Shown: positions 26,819 through 40,100 of the stretch, piece after piece
Position numbering within the stretch: position 1 is the stretch's first letter
How the letters are laid out: each line of letters opens with the position of its first letter
Assembly: GCA_950097015.1 (NCBI GenBank)
Contig: CATNEN010000003.1
Coordinates: 15,748,001 to 15,812,000 of the forward strand
From: Macrostomum hystrix
Taxonomy: Eukaryota; Animalia; Platyhelminthes
Direction: 5' to 3'
Length of the DNA stretch: 64,000 nt
Program-made: the position numbers and the translations under genes
The notes under the pieces: generated by a model
What the model was told of the DNA's origin: nothing
Seen by the model: the letters and a program-made list of their open reading frames with translations, nothing else
Database searches by the model: none

Positions 26819-27534
26819 GGAGCAGTCACAGAATTTCAGTCTGTATGTGTATTCGCATGGGCCTAAGTGGTAGTAAGAGATGCCAAATCGGCCAAGGAAT
26901 AGGCCAGACATGGCAATTCAATTTACTAGCCAATGAGAATTGAACTGGCTCACTCATTGTGTGCGCGTAGACGTAACGTGGAGAGGGAGAGAGCAAATAA
27001 GCCTCAAATAATTTTTTCGGCCTCGGAAGCCCACATCCTAGATTTCTTACTTTCTTCCCAATCCCGCCCATGCTAGGTAGGGATGCTGGGATGGTTGGGT
27101 AGCAGTGGGGAGTTGGGATGGAGGGGAATGAAAGGATGGGGCAGACAGTCTAATCCTGCCCTAGAACCAACCAAACCCTTACCCAATGGCCCACCATCCC
27201 TACCGGGTCGCTTGTGGGGTGCTTGTGGTACTGCCTACCCCACCGCCACCCCACAGCCACAGCCAACCAGTCATAGATAGTGGACATCACTCAGTCGATT
27301 CAGTTGAAATTCTCCTCCGTCTGTGTGTCCCAAGTTTTTGTGTTTGAAAACAATTGTTCATCGTATAGTAAAAATTCAATTCAAGTTTATTTACTAATCA
27401 GCCATCTGGTTTTCTAGGTTAAACTAAAAATATAACATAAGTCGAAGCATAATCAGCTGACTAATCTAAACAGTTCAGGTGGGGGATAAAAATAGATAGG
27501 AGAATTGCACGACAAACAGCTATGCCAAGTCGGC

Positions 27535-28140
27535 ATGTACTTCTGCGAAGACCACGGCTCTGTTGTGTCTGACGACGGTACGGCTACAGTCAGAAGCTAT
27601 CGCGATGGAGGCGGCGATGTCGTCGACGGCTTTACAGAGCCGCTGTCATCGCCTCCGGGTGAAGCGTCAACTTGTCAGCGCCTCGTCATCAACGGCGACG
27701 CATCGCAGCCTAAATCGTCGAGTAGTCGACTGGCCGAGAACCATAACGACGATGACAACGTAGGCGATGACAACATCGAGTTGAGCAGATGCCAGCGAAA
27801 CGACAACGAAGAAGCGGGCAGCGGGGGCAGTCAGAACGCTGACAGCAGCACCGGCGGCGTTGTCGGAATCGGCGACTGCGGTCTCAGCAGCCGACAATCC
27901 TCCGGCGCGGCAGCCGACGATCAACTGTCGACCGGGCGGCCCAATCAGTTGCCAGTCAACGGCCTGCATCGATTTAGAGCGGGCGCTGCTGAGGACAACA
28001 CCACCGCTTACCTTCTGCAGGCAGCCGTTGCCGCCGCAGCCGCCGCCACAGCCGGCTGCGCTTATCAGGAAGTGCGCGAAATCAGTCTGGGCAGGCACAA
28101 CGAAGAGCCTTACGGCATGAAGGTTGAAGCTGTTGGCGAG
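27535..28140 (+). CDS. PDZ gene coding exon 1 (disordered N-terminus, poly-Ala, start of PDZ-A)
   Basis: GC-rich codon-like ORF; donor GAG|gtaggt at 28141, phase 0. Confidence 0.8.
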
Positions 28141-31100
28141 GTAGGTCAGCTGGCCGCACTAGTAATCCACTCTCTTAGTCAGAAATCCGCCCCAGTGTCA
28201 GAAATCCGCTCCCCCCCTGTGTCAGGAATCCGCCCTCCTGTGTCAGATATCCGCCACTGTGTCAGATATCCGCCACTGTGTCAGAAATCCGCACCTGTTT
28301 CAGAAATTCATCCTCTGTCAGAAATCCGCCCCCTTGTGTCAGAAGTCCGCCCCCAGTTTCAGAAATCCGCCCCCCTCTGTAAATAATCCGCCCCTCTGTA
28401 AATAATCCGCCCCCCTCTGAAAATAATCGCCCCCTGTAAATAATCCGCCCCTCTGTAAATAATCCGCCGCCTCTGTAAATAATCCGCCCCCTCTGCAAAT
28501 AATCAGCCCCCTCTGCAAATAATCCGCCCCCTCTGCAAATAATCCGCCCCCTCTGTAAATAATCCGCCCCCTCTGTAAATAATCCGCCCCCTCTGTAAAT
28601 AATCCGCCCCCTCTGTAAATAATCCGCCGCCTCTGTAAATAACCCGCCCCCTGTGTAAATAATCCGCCCCCTCTGTAAATAATCCGCCCCCTCTGTAAAT
28701 AATCCGCCCCCTCTGTAAATAATCCGCCCCCTCTGTCGGGAATCCGCTCTCAGTCAGAAATCCGCCCCGTTAGATTTAGAAGATAATGACAAAGATCGAA
28801 TCAGCTATCAGAAATCTAATAACATTGAATCATGGCTTTGAAAAATTCTCTAAAATCTATTTGAAATCATTGATAATAAAGTCTTTGATACCTGTCACTA
28901 TTTTTATCCCCTCCTAATGAAATCCGCCCCCGCTGTCCCTCCCGCCTCCGGCAAAGCAGGCATTTTTCATAACGCACATTGTGCGCAACTCGGTGGCCGC
29001 CTGCGCCGGTTTGAAAGTTGGCGACGAAATCGTGCGCGTCAACGAGCGCCGTCTGGAGGGTCTGAACACTCGCGATGTTCTCCAGGCTGTACGACAAAGC
29101 GAAATGTGCGTCAAGCTGGCCTATAAGCCCAGGTAAGATGAGATGTAGAGAGTATGATGAGATGTAGAGAGTGAGATGAGATGTAGAGAGTGAGATGAGA
29201 TTTAGAGAGTGAGATAAGATTTAGAGAGTGAGATGAGATTTAGAGAGTGAGATGAAGATTTAGAGAGTGAGATGAAGATTTAGAGAGTGATGTGAGATGT
29301 AGAGAGTGAGATGAAGATTTAGAGAGTGAGATGAAGATTTAGAGAGTGAGATGAAGATTTAGAGAGTGAGATGAAGATTTAGAGAGTGATGTGAGATGTA
29401 GAGAGTGAGATGAAGATTTAGAGAGTGAGATGAGATGTAGAGAGTGATGTGAGATTTAGAGAGTGAGATGAGATGTAGAGAGTGAGATGAGATTTAGAGA
29501 GTGAGATGAGATTTAGAGAGTGAGATGAGATTTAGAGAGTGAGATGAAGATTTAGAGAGTGAGATGAGATTTAGAGAGTGATGTGAGATTTAGAGAGTGA
29601 GATGAGATTTAGAGAGTGATGTGAGATTTAGAGAGTGAGATGAGATGTAGAGAGTGATGTGAGATGTAGAGAGTGAGATGAAGATTTAGAGAGTGAGATG
29701 AGATTTAGAGAGTGATGTGAGATTTAGAGAGTGATGTGAGATTTAGAGAGTGAGATGAGATTTAGAGAGTGAGATGAGATTTAGAGAGTGAGATGAGATT
29801 TAGAGAGTGAGATGAAGATTTAGAGAGTGAGATGAAGATTTAGAGAGTGTTGTGAGATGTAAAGAGTGAGATGAAGATTTAGAGAGTGAGATGAAGATTT
29901 AGAGAGTGATGCGAGATGTAGAGAGTGAGATGAAGATTTAGAGAGTGAGATGAAGATTTAGAGAGTGAGATGAAGATTTAGAGAGTGATGTGAGATGTAG
30001 AGAGTGAGATGAAGATTTAGAGAGTGAGATGAGATGTAGAGAGTGATGTGAGATTTAGAGAGTGATGTGAGATTTAGAGAGTGAGATGAGATTTAGAGAG
30101 TGATGTGAGATTTAGAGAGTGATGTGAGATTTAGAGAGTGAGATGAGATTTAGAGAGTGAGATGAGATTTAGAGAGTGAGATGAGATTTAGAGAGTGAGA
30201 TGAAGATTTAGAGAGTGAGATGAGATTTAGAGAGTGATGTGAGATTTAGAGAGTGAGATGAGATTTAGAGAGTGATGTGAGATTTAGAGAGTGAGATGAG
30301 ATTTAGAGAGTGATGTGAGATGTAGAGAGTGAGATGAAGATTTAGAGAGTGAGATGAGATTTAGAGAGTGATGTGAGATTTAGAGAGTGATGTGAGATTT
30401 AGAGAGTGAGATGAGATTTAGAGAGTGAGATGAGATTTAGAGAGTGATGTGAGATTTAGAGAGTGAGATGAGATTTAGAGAGTGAGATGAGATTTAGAGA
30501 GTGATGTGAGATTTAGAGAGTGATGTGAGATTTAGAGAGTGAGATGAGATTTAGAGAGTGAGATGAGATTTAGAGAGTGAGATGAGATTTAGAGAGTGAG
30601 ATGAAGATTTAGAGAGTGAGATGAAGATTTAGAGAGTGTTGTGAGATGTAAAGAGTGAGATGAAGATTTAGAGAGTGAGATGAAGATTTAGAGAGTGATG
30701 CGAGATGTAGAGAGTGAGATGAAGATTTAGAGAGTGAGATGAAGATTTAGAGAGTGAGATGAAGATTTAGAGAGTGATGTGAGATGTAGAGAGTGAGATG
30801 AGATTTAGAGAGTGATGTGAGATGTAGAGAGTGAGATGAAGATTTAGAGAGTGAGATGAGATGTAGAGAGTGAGATGAGATTTAGAGAGTGAGATGAGAT
30901 GTAGAGAGTGAGATGAGATTTAGAGAGTGAGATGAGATGTAGAGAGTGAGATGAGATTTAGAGAGTGAGATGAGATGTAGAGAGTGAGATGAAGATTTAG
31001 AGAGTGAGATGAGATGTAGAGAGTGAGATGAGATTTAGAGAGTGATGTGAGATTTAGAGAGTGAGATGAGATTTAGAGAGTGATGTGAGATGTAGAGAGT

Positions 31101-34100
31101 GAGATGAGATTTAGAGAGTGATGTGAGATGTAGAGAGTGAGATGAAGATTTAGAGAGTGAGATGAGATTTAGAGAGTGAGATGAGATTTAGAGAGTGATG
31201 TGAGATTTAGAGAGTGAGATGAGATTTAGAGAGTGAGATAAGATTTAGAGAGTGAGATGAGATTTAGAGAGTGAGATGAAGATTTAGAGAGTGAGATGAA
31301 GATTTAGAGAGTGATGTGAGATGTAGAGAGTGAGATGAAGATTTAGAGAGTGAGATGAAGATTTAGAGAGTGAGATGAAGATTTATTAGAGAGTGAGATG
31401 AAGATTTAGAGAGTGATGTGAGATGTAGAGAGTGATGTGAGATGTAGAGAGTGAGATGAGATTTAGAGAGTGATGTGAGATTTAGAGAGTGATGTGAGAT
31501 TTAGAGAGTGAGATGAGATTTAGAGAGTGAGATGAGATTTAGAGAGTGAGATGAGATTTAGAGAGTGAGATGAAGATTTAGAGAGTGAGATGAGATTTAG
31601 AGAGTGATGTGAGATTTAGAGAGTGAGATGAGATTTAGAGAGTGATGTGAGATTTAGAGAGTGAGATGAGATTTAGAGAGTGATGTGAGATGTAGAGAGT
31701 GAGATGAAGATTTAGAGAGTGAGATGAGATTTAGAGAGTGATGTGAGATTTAGAGAGTGATGTGAGATTTAGAGAGTGAGATGAGATTTAGAGAGTGAGA
31801 TGAGATTTAGAGAGTGAGATGAAGATTTAGAGAGTGAGATGAAGATTTAGAGAGTGAGATGAGATTTAGAGAGTGATGTGAGATTTAGAGAGTGAGATGA
31901 GATTTAGAGAGTGATGTGAGATTTAGAGAGTGATGTGAGATTTAGAGAGTGAGATGAGATTTAGAGAGTGAGATGAGATTTAGAGAGTGAGATGAAGATT
32001 TAGAGAGTGAGATGAAGATTTAGAGAGTGTTGTGAGATGTAAAGAGTGAGATGAAGATTTAGAGAGTGAGATGAAGATTTAGAGAGTGATGCGAGATGTA
32101 GAGAGTGAGATGAAGATTTAGAGAGTGAGATGAAGATTTAGAGAGTGAGATGAAGATTTAGAGAGTGAGATGAAGATTTAGAGAGTGATGTGAGATGTAG
32201 AGAGTGAGATGAAGATTTAGAGAGTGAGATGAGATGTAGAGAGTGATGTGAGATTTAGAGAGTGATGTGAGATGTAGAGAGTGAGATGAGATTTAGAGAG
32301 TGATGTGAGATTTAGAGAGTGATGTGAGATTTAGAGAGTGAGATGAGATTTAGAGAGTGAGATGAGATTTAGAGAGTGAGATGAGATTTAGAGAGTGAGA
32401 TGAAGATTTAGAGAGTGAGATGAGATTTAGAGAGTGATGTGAGATTTAGAGAGTGAGATGAGATTTAGAGAGTGATGTGAGATTTAGAGAGTGAGATGAG
32501 ATTTAGAGAGTGATGTGAGATGTAGAGAGTGAGATGAAGATTTAGAGAGTGAGATGAGATTTAGAGAGTGATGTGAGATTTAGAGAGTGATGTGAGATTT
32601 AGAGAGTGAGATGAGATTTAGAGAGTGAGATGAGATTTAGAGAGTGAGATGAGATTTAGAGAGTGAGATGAAGATTTAGAGAGTGAGATGAAGATTTAGA
32701 GAGTGATGTGAGATGTAGAGAGTGAGATGAGATTTAGAGAGTGATGTGAGATTTAGAGAGTGAGATGAGATTTAGAGAGTGATGTGAGATGTAGAGAGTG
32801 AGATGAAGATTTAGAGAGTGAGATGAGATTTAGAGAGTGATGTGAGATTTAGAGAGTGATGTGAGATTTAGAGAGTGAGATGAGATTTAGAGAGTGAGAT
32901 GAGATTTAGAGAGTGAGATGAGATTTAGAGAGTGAGATGAAGATTTAGAGAGTGAGATGAAGATTTAGAGAGTGATGTGAGATGTAGAGAGTGAGATGAA
33001 GATTTAGAGAGTGAGATGAAGATTTAGAGAGTGAGATGAGATGTAGAGAGTGATGTGAGATTTAGAGAGTGATGTGAGATTTAGAGAGTGAGATGAGATT
33101 TAGAGAGTGAGATGAGATTTAGAGAGTGAGATGAGATTTAGAGAGTGAGATGAAGATTTAGAGAGTGAGATGAGATTTAGAGAGTGATGTGAGATTTAGA
33201 GAGTGAGATGAGATTTAGAGAGTGATGTGAGATTTAGAGAGTGAGATGAGATTTAGAGAGTGATGTGAGATTTAGAGAGTGAGATTAAGATTTAGAGAGT
33301 GAGATGAGATGTAGAGAGTGAGATGAGATTTAGAGAGTTGAGATGAGATGTAGAGAGTGAGATGAGATTTAGAGAGTGAGATGAGATTTAGAGAGTGAGA
33401 TGAGATTTAGAGAGTGAGATGAGATTTAGAGAGTGAGATGAGATTTAGAGAGTGAGATGAGATTTAGATTGCGAGATCAGATGTAGAGTGAGGTGAGATG
33501 AGGTGTAGAGAGTGAGATCAGATGTAGAGTGTGAGATGAGATGTCATGAGTGAGATTGAGATCAGATGTAGGGAGTGTGATGAGATGTTGGGAGAGATAC
33601 AATTTAGAGAGCGACGTGAGATATCAGCTTTTTGCGAATGAAAATTTGATATTTAACTAGTTTTATCGAAGAAACAGTTTTTTGAAATGTCTTGATTTTA
33701 AAATAACCGTTTTTTTCAAAGAAAACCTAATTTTTACTAAACACAATAATTCAAAATAATACATTTTTACATAATGAACGAAAAATGACTGAATTTTTCA
33801 GGAAATCAATTTAAAAAACATATACGAGTTTCGTAAAAAACAAGTATTTCGGAAATTTCCAAGCAAGATCTCGGGGAAAAAAACTTGCGAGATAAGTTTA
33901 AATTGGATTTCAGGACAAATAAATTTACGGACAAAACATTTCTACTTTAGTTTCCTCGATTGCAATTATTTTGGAGTAACTAATATGCATATGTACTTTT
34001 AGTACAGACACACAGACACATACTTAATACTATCTAGCAATGCCCTTCTGACGAATAAGTACTATTAACTAAAAGTTACTAGCGAAAACTAACTTGACTA

Positions 34101-37100
34101 TATGGCTGTTATGGCTGTACGCGCGGATCTATTGAATGCCGCAAATCCTACGGGTATATAGTACATAACCTTGGCCTTGCTAAACGAGAGAGAGACAAAC
34201 AGGGATAAAGATAAAGAGGGAGATCTGATCTTATGACAGTTGCCAAAACGAGAGATTTATCCTAACGCCTACCGCGAGGTCCTATTGCTGTGTAGCTCGC
34301 AAAAGTTGCGTATTGAATTTGCACTTTTTGTCACTCGAGTAAAGTTCGTTTTAGTTCAAACGGACCATTACTCACATTCGAAATCTCATATTATTTCACT
34401 CTCTACAACTTATCTCCCCCTCGAAATCACATCTCACTCTCCACATATATCATCTCACTATCAACATCTCATCTTAATCTGTACATCTAAGATGATCTAT
34501 CTGTACATCTCAATATCACTCTCTACATCTCATCCCACTCTCTAAATCTCATATCATCTCACTACAGCTCATCTCATCTCACTACATCTCATATCATCTC
34601 ACTACATCTCATATCATCTCACTACATCTCATATCATCTCACTAGAGCTCATCTCATCTGACTACATCTCATCTCACACTCTACATCTCACCTCACAATC
34701 TATATCTCATCTCACTCAGGATATATCTCATCGCAGCATCTACATCTGATCTCACTCTCTACATCTCATCTCATCTCACTACATCTCATCTCACTACATC
34801 TCATCTCACTCTCGTGAACAGGCAATGTACCCCAATGTGTATCCCCAGATTCAGAAGTACTTTCCGATTAATTCAAACACAGCGGCAAGGAAAGCTAAAT
34901 ATAGGGGAACTACTGGCAGCCTTCCCTTCGTGTGAAAGCCGCCATTTGTAGTAGGAATAGTATTGCAACCAAATCTTGCCTGCTTCTGTACATAATAAAG
35001 TGCTCTGCTTTTGATGAACTATAGGCGCTATACAGGATTTAGGTCGTAGGATCCAAGCTTTCTCTATTCTCCAACGACATGAACCGATCATTCATCGATA
35101 ATGGAAAGAAAATAGTGGACTAGCATCCATTCGCAACCCCGACCCAAATCTCATCTAGATACCCAGCAGTAATTCTCAATCTACTGGCCGTCTTGTCTAA
35201 TCTAGCAAAATCTTTTCAGATTGACTTCTTAATAACGGCAGGGGAGTGAAAAATTACACGACCGTGTCGTCCCTCTGTCAATTGTCTGTCTGCCCTAATT
35301 TGCCCTTGCATATCTATTCACGTTTTCATCAATAATAATCCTTGTCAAGCGTGCATTATTGCTGTTATCTTTGAGGATATTCGGTCGATAATTGCTATCC
35401 GTTCTTTAACACAGTTAAAATACAATCTTCATGCTCAGATAGGTTATTTGACTATCTTTGGAGACAGCTAAAGAAATTAATACACTCTTATGTAGATTAC
35501 TCCCACCAAGATTACTCTCTCACCTAGATTTCTGTCACCTAGATAACTCTCACCTAGATTACTCTCTCACCTGGATTTCTCTCACCTAGATTACTCTCTC
35601 ACCTAGATTACTCTCTCACCTAGATTACTCTCTCACCTAGATTACTCTCTCACCTAGATTACTCTCACCTAGATTACTCTCTCACCTAGATTACTCTCTC
35701 ACCTAGATTACTCTCTCACCTAGATTACTCTCTCACCTAGATTTCTCTCTCACCTAGATTACTCTCTCACCTAGATTACTCTCTCACCTAGATTACTCTC
35801 TCACCTAGATAACTCTCTCACCTAGATTACTCTCTCACCTAGATTACTCTCTCACCAAGATTACTCTCTCACCCAGATTTCTCTCCCACCTAGATTACTC
35901 TCTCACCTAGATTACTCTCTCACCTAGATTACTCTCTCACCTAGATTACTCTCTCACCTAGATTACTCACTCACCTAGATTACTCTCACCAAGATTACTC
36001 TCTCACCTAGATTTCTCTCTCACGTAGAATACTCTCACCTAGATTACTCTCACCTAGATTACTGTCACCTGGATTACTCTCACCTCGATTACTCTCACCT
36101 AGATTACTCTCTCAACTAGATTACTCTCTCACCTAGATTACTCTCTCACCTAGTTTACTCTCTCACCAAGATTACTCTCTCACCTAGATTTCTCTCTCAC
36201 GTAGAATTCTCTCACCTAGATTACTGTCACCTGGATTACTCTCACCTAGATTACTCTCTCACCTAGATTACTCTCTCACCTAGTTTACTCTCTCACCAAG
36301 ATTACTCTCTCACCTAGATTTCTCTCTCACGTAGAATTCTCTCACCTAGATTACTCTCTCACCTAGATTACTCTAACCTCGATTACTCTCACCTTGATTA
36401 CTCACACCTAGATTAATATCTTACCTAGGTTACTCTCCTACCTAGATTACTCTCTTACCTTGATTTCTTAACTTGATTAAACCCACCGAGATTGCGCTCT
36501 TACCTAGATTACTCTCACCTAGATTACTCTCACCTAGATTACTCTCTCGTGGACATTAAATAATACACACAATATATATGTCAATTTAATAACAAGAATT
36601 ACATAGTTTTACATGGTTAGTTCCTTCAATCAAATATGTCTAAAATCAAGGTGTAGCCCCCTTCAGTATCTTGTTAAAATACGACACCATAAGTCTTAGA
36701 TAAAGATAGTCTCCTAGATTAATTCCAATATTAATCGCATGCCGAATCCGTGGTCCCAGACAGATATCGTGTTACTGGGACAATATTCACAGCCTAATAT
36801 TTATAATGATCTTCCTATCCAGTGCAACTATCAATAAATCAGTCAATCTAGTAAAAGATTGATCAACATCATCAGCCGACTATTTGGTAGCCGTGAAGCT
36901 ACAACCACTCGAATGCAAGTGAAGTGTCTGACGCATCGATGCAAGCATCGGCAGGACCTACTCAACCTAGATATGAGTAATAATGGCACAGTGATGACAC
37001 TTAACTGAAGCCTTAAAATAGCTGCTGCTTCTAGTGGGCAGGCAAAACTCGGCCCAATGCAAATTCAGTGATAAACAATCAAATTCCTATTATTTGTAGA

Positions 37101-40100
37101 AATATTATTTTAAAAGAAGAAATGCGTGCACTATAAAATATTATCTTCGGTCACCGGACACGATTTCAGCTAATGAGCAAAACGGCTTTGCTAAAATTTC
37201 GACTCCGACGAAAGAAATTGTAATTCTAGACACGATTAAAGAGATGAGAAGAGGATAATAGAGGGGAGAATTATCTGACGTCAGACTGATGCTGAAATAG
37301 AGAAAATAATATGACAGGGAAAAAAACTAAGGAACTAATTTTCACCCTGAGCTCAAATCCGCGGCGAGGCCACATTTGGTGGCTCTTGAGGACCAACCCA
37401 CAAGGCGCAGGGAGAGTGTACACTGCCTGATAATGAGAAAGTCAGTGCAGATGTACAATCCCTGCGTGAGTATGTGCCGAGTGTGTGAGTCTGGGGAATG
37501 GGCAGAACTGCCTACTCGCTGGCTGCGAGTCGACTGTCACAAAATGATGTGCCATTGCTCACAGTACTTCAGTGAATTGAATGTTTTTAAGGGAAAAAGA
37601 GTCAGAGAGAAGAAAGGAAGAGTGAGAGAGAGCAAGGGTGAGTGAGGGAGAGAGGGAGAGGGAGAGAGCAAGAGAGGGAGAGAGGGAGAGGGAGAGAGCA
37701 AGATAGGGAGAGAGGGAGAGGGAGAGAGGGAGAGAGGGAGAGAGCAAGAGAGGGAGAGGGAGAGAGGGAGAGGGAGAGAGGGAGAGGTAGAGAGGGAGAG
37801 AGGGAGAGAGCAAGAGAGGGAGAGGGAGAGAGGGAGAGGGAGAGAGGGAGAGGTAGAGAGGGAGAGGGAGAGAGGGAGAGGGAGAGCAGGAGAGGGAGAG
37901 AGGGAGAGCAGGAGAGTGAGAGAGGGAGAGCAGGAGAGGGAGAGAGGCAGAGGGAGAGAGCAAGAGAAGGAGAGACGGAGTGGGAGATGAATGCACATGG
38001 AAAGGCAGTGAGACTTTCTATTTTAAGCACAATTGATAATGTCAAAAATAAAAAAGGAGAGCTTTACTACAAGATTAGAGAGAGGGGATTAGAGAGAGGG
38101 GATTAAAGTGAGAAGATTAGAGAGAGGAGATTAGATAGAGGGGATTATAGTGGGAAGATTAGAGTGAGGAGATAACAGTGTATGTTATCTCCTAGTAGAA
38201 TTACTCTACTGCCCAGTGACTACATTGAGGACATATATAGCCCAGCCCACTGCTGCTTGTCTTACTCCTCTCTCTAATTTCTTCTCTCTAATCTCCTCTC
38301 TCTAATCTACCCACTTTAATCTCCTCTCTCTAATCTCCTCTCTCTAATCTCCTCTCTCTAATCTACCCACTTTAATCTCCTCTCTCTAATCTCCTCTCTC
38401 TAATCTCCTCTCTATAATCTACCCACTTTAATCTCCTCTCTCTAATCTACCCACTTTAATCTCCTCTCTCTAATTTCTTCTCTCTAATCTCCTCGCTCTA
38501 ATTTCTTCTCTCTAATCTCCTCTCTCTAATCTACCCACTTTAATCCCCTCTCTCTAATCTCCTCGCTCTAATCTCCTCTCTCTAATCTCCTCTCTCTAAT
38601 CTCCTCTCTCTAATCTCCTCTCTCTAATCTCCTCTCTCTAATCTCCTCGCTCTAATCTCCTCACTCCAATCTCCTCACTCCAATCTCCTCTCTCTAATCT
38701 CCTCTCTCTAATCTCCTCTCTCTAATCTCCTCACTCCAATCTCCTCTTTTTAATCTCCTCTCTCTAATCTCCTCACTCCAATCTCCTCACTCCAATCTCC
38801 TCACTCCAATCTCCTCACTCCAATCTCCTCTTTCTAATCTCCTCCCTCTAATCTCGTCACTCCAATCTCCTCACTCCAATCTCCTCTTTCTAATCTCCTC
38901 ACTCCAATCTCCTCTCTCCAATCTCCTCTTTCTAGTCTCCTCTCTCTAATCTCCTCACTCCAATCTCCTCACTCCAATCTCCTCTTTCTAGTCTCCTCTC
39001 TCTAATCTCCTCACTCCAATCTCCTCTTTTTAATCTCCTCTCTCTAATCTCCTCACTCCAATCTCCTCACTCCAATCTCCTCTTTCTAATCTCCTCCCTC
39101 TAATCTCGTCACTCCAATCTCCTCACTCCAATCTCCTCTTTCTAATCTCCTCACTCCAATCTCCTCTCTCCAATCTCCTCTTTCTAGTCTCCTCTCTCTA
39201 ATCTCCTCACTCCAATCTCCTCACTCCAATCTCCTCTTTCTAATCTCCTCTCTCTAATCTCCTCACTCCAATCTCCTCACTCCAATCTCCTCACTCCAAT
39301 CTCCTCACTCCAATCTCCTCACTCCAATCTCCTCACTCCAATCTCCTCTTTCTAATCTCCTCTCTCTAATCTCCTCTCTCTAATCTCCTCGCTCTAATCT
39401 CCTCCCTCTAATCTCCTCACTCCAATCTCCTCACTCCAATCTCCTCTTTCTAATCTCCTCTCCCTAATCTCCTCGCTCTAATCTCCTCCCTCTAATCTCC
39501 TCACTCCAATCTCCTCACTCAAATCTCCTCTCTCTAATCTCCTCTCTCTAATCTCCTCTCTCTAATCTCCTCACTCCAATCTCCTCACTCCAATCTCCTC
39601 TCTCTAATCTCCTCGCTCTAATCTCCTCCCTCTAATCTCCTCTCTCTCTAATCTCCTCTCTCTCCAATCTCCTCTTTCTAATCTCCTCTCTCTAATCTCC
39701 TGTCTCTAATCTTCTCCCTTTAATCTCCTAACCTTAGCTCAAGCCCGTAGACCAAGGTCAAGATTTGCCAACTCACTTGAGGTCCAATAATAGACTTATA
39801 GTTAGAAAATTTCTAGCCAAGGAATTAAAGTCTTTAAAAAACATTTGGGACAGATTTCTCTTGACGCCCGTCAGTTAGTTCACAGATTAATGCATATAAT
39901 ATAGTATACATAATATGTATATTAGTATGATTTTTGGGGCTAGGGATTTTAGCTCCAAGCAATTATTCAACTTTATAGGAACCATAGCTTAGGGTTGGGA
40001 AGAGAATGAGAGAGAAAGCGGCAGAGAGAGCCAGATGGAGATGGGGCTGGCTGACGATTAAATCAATAAGGGGCAGAGTTTGGCCTGTCTAAACTCCGGT

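Noticed and set aside
34820-35450. Possible decayed transposase or retroelement coding fragment in PDZ intron 2
   Set aside because: My manual translations gave no recognisable motif; a TBLASTX/HMM search would be needed.
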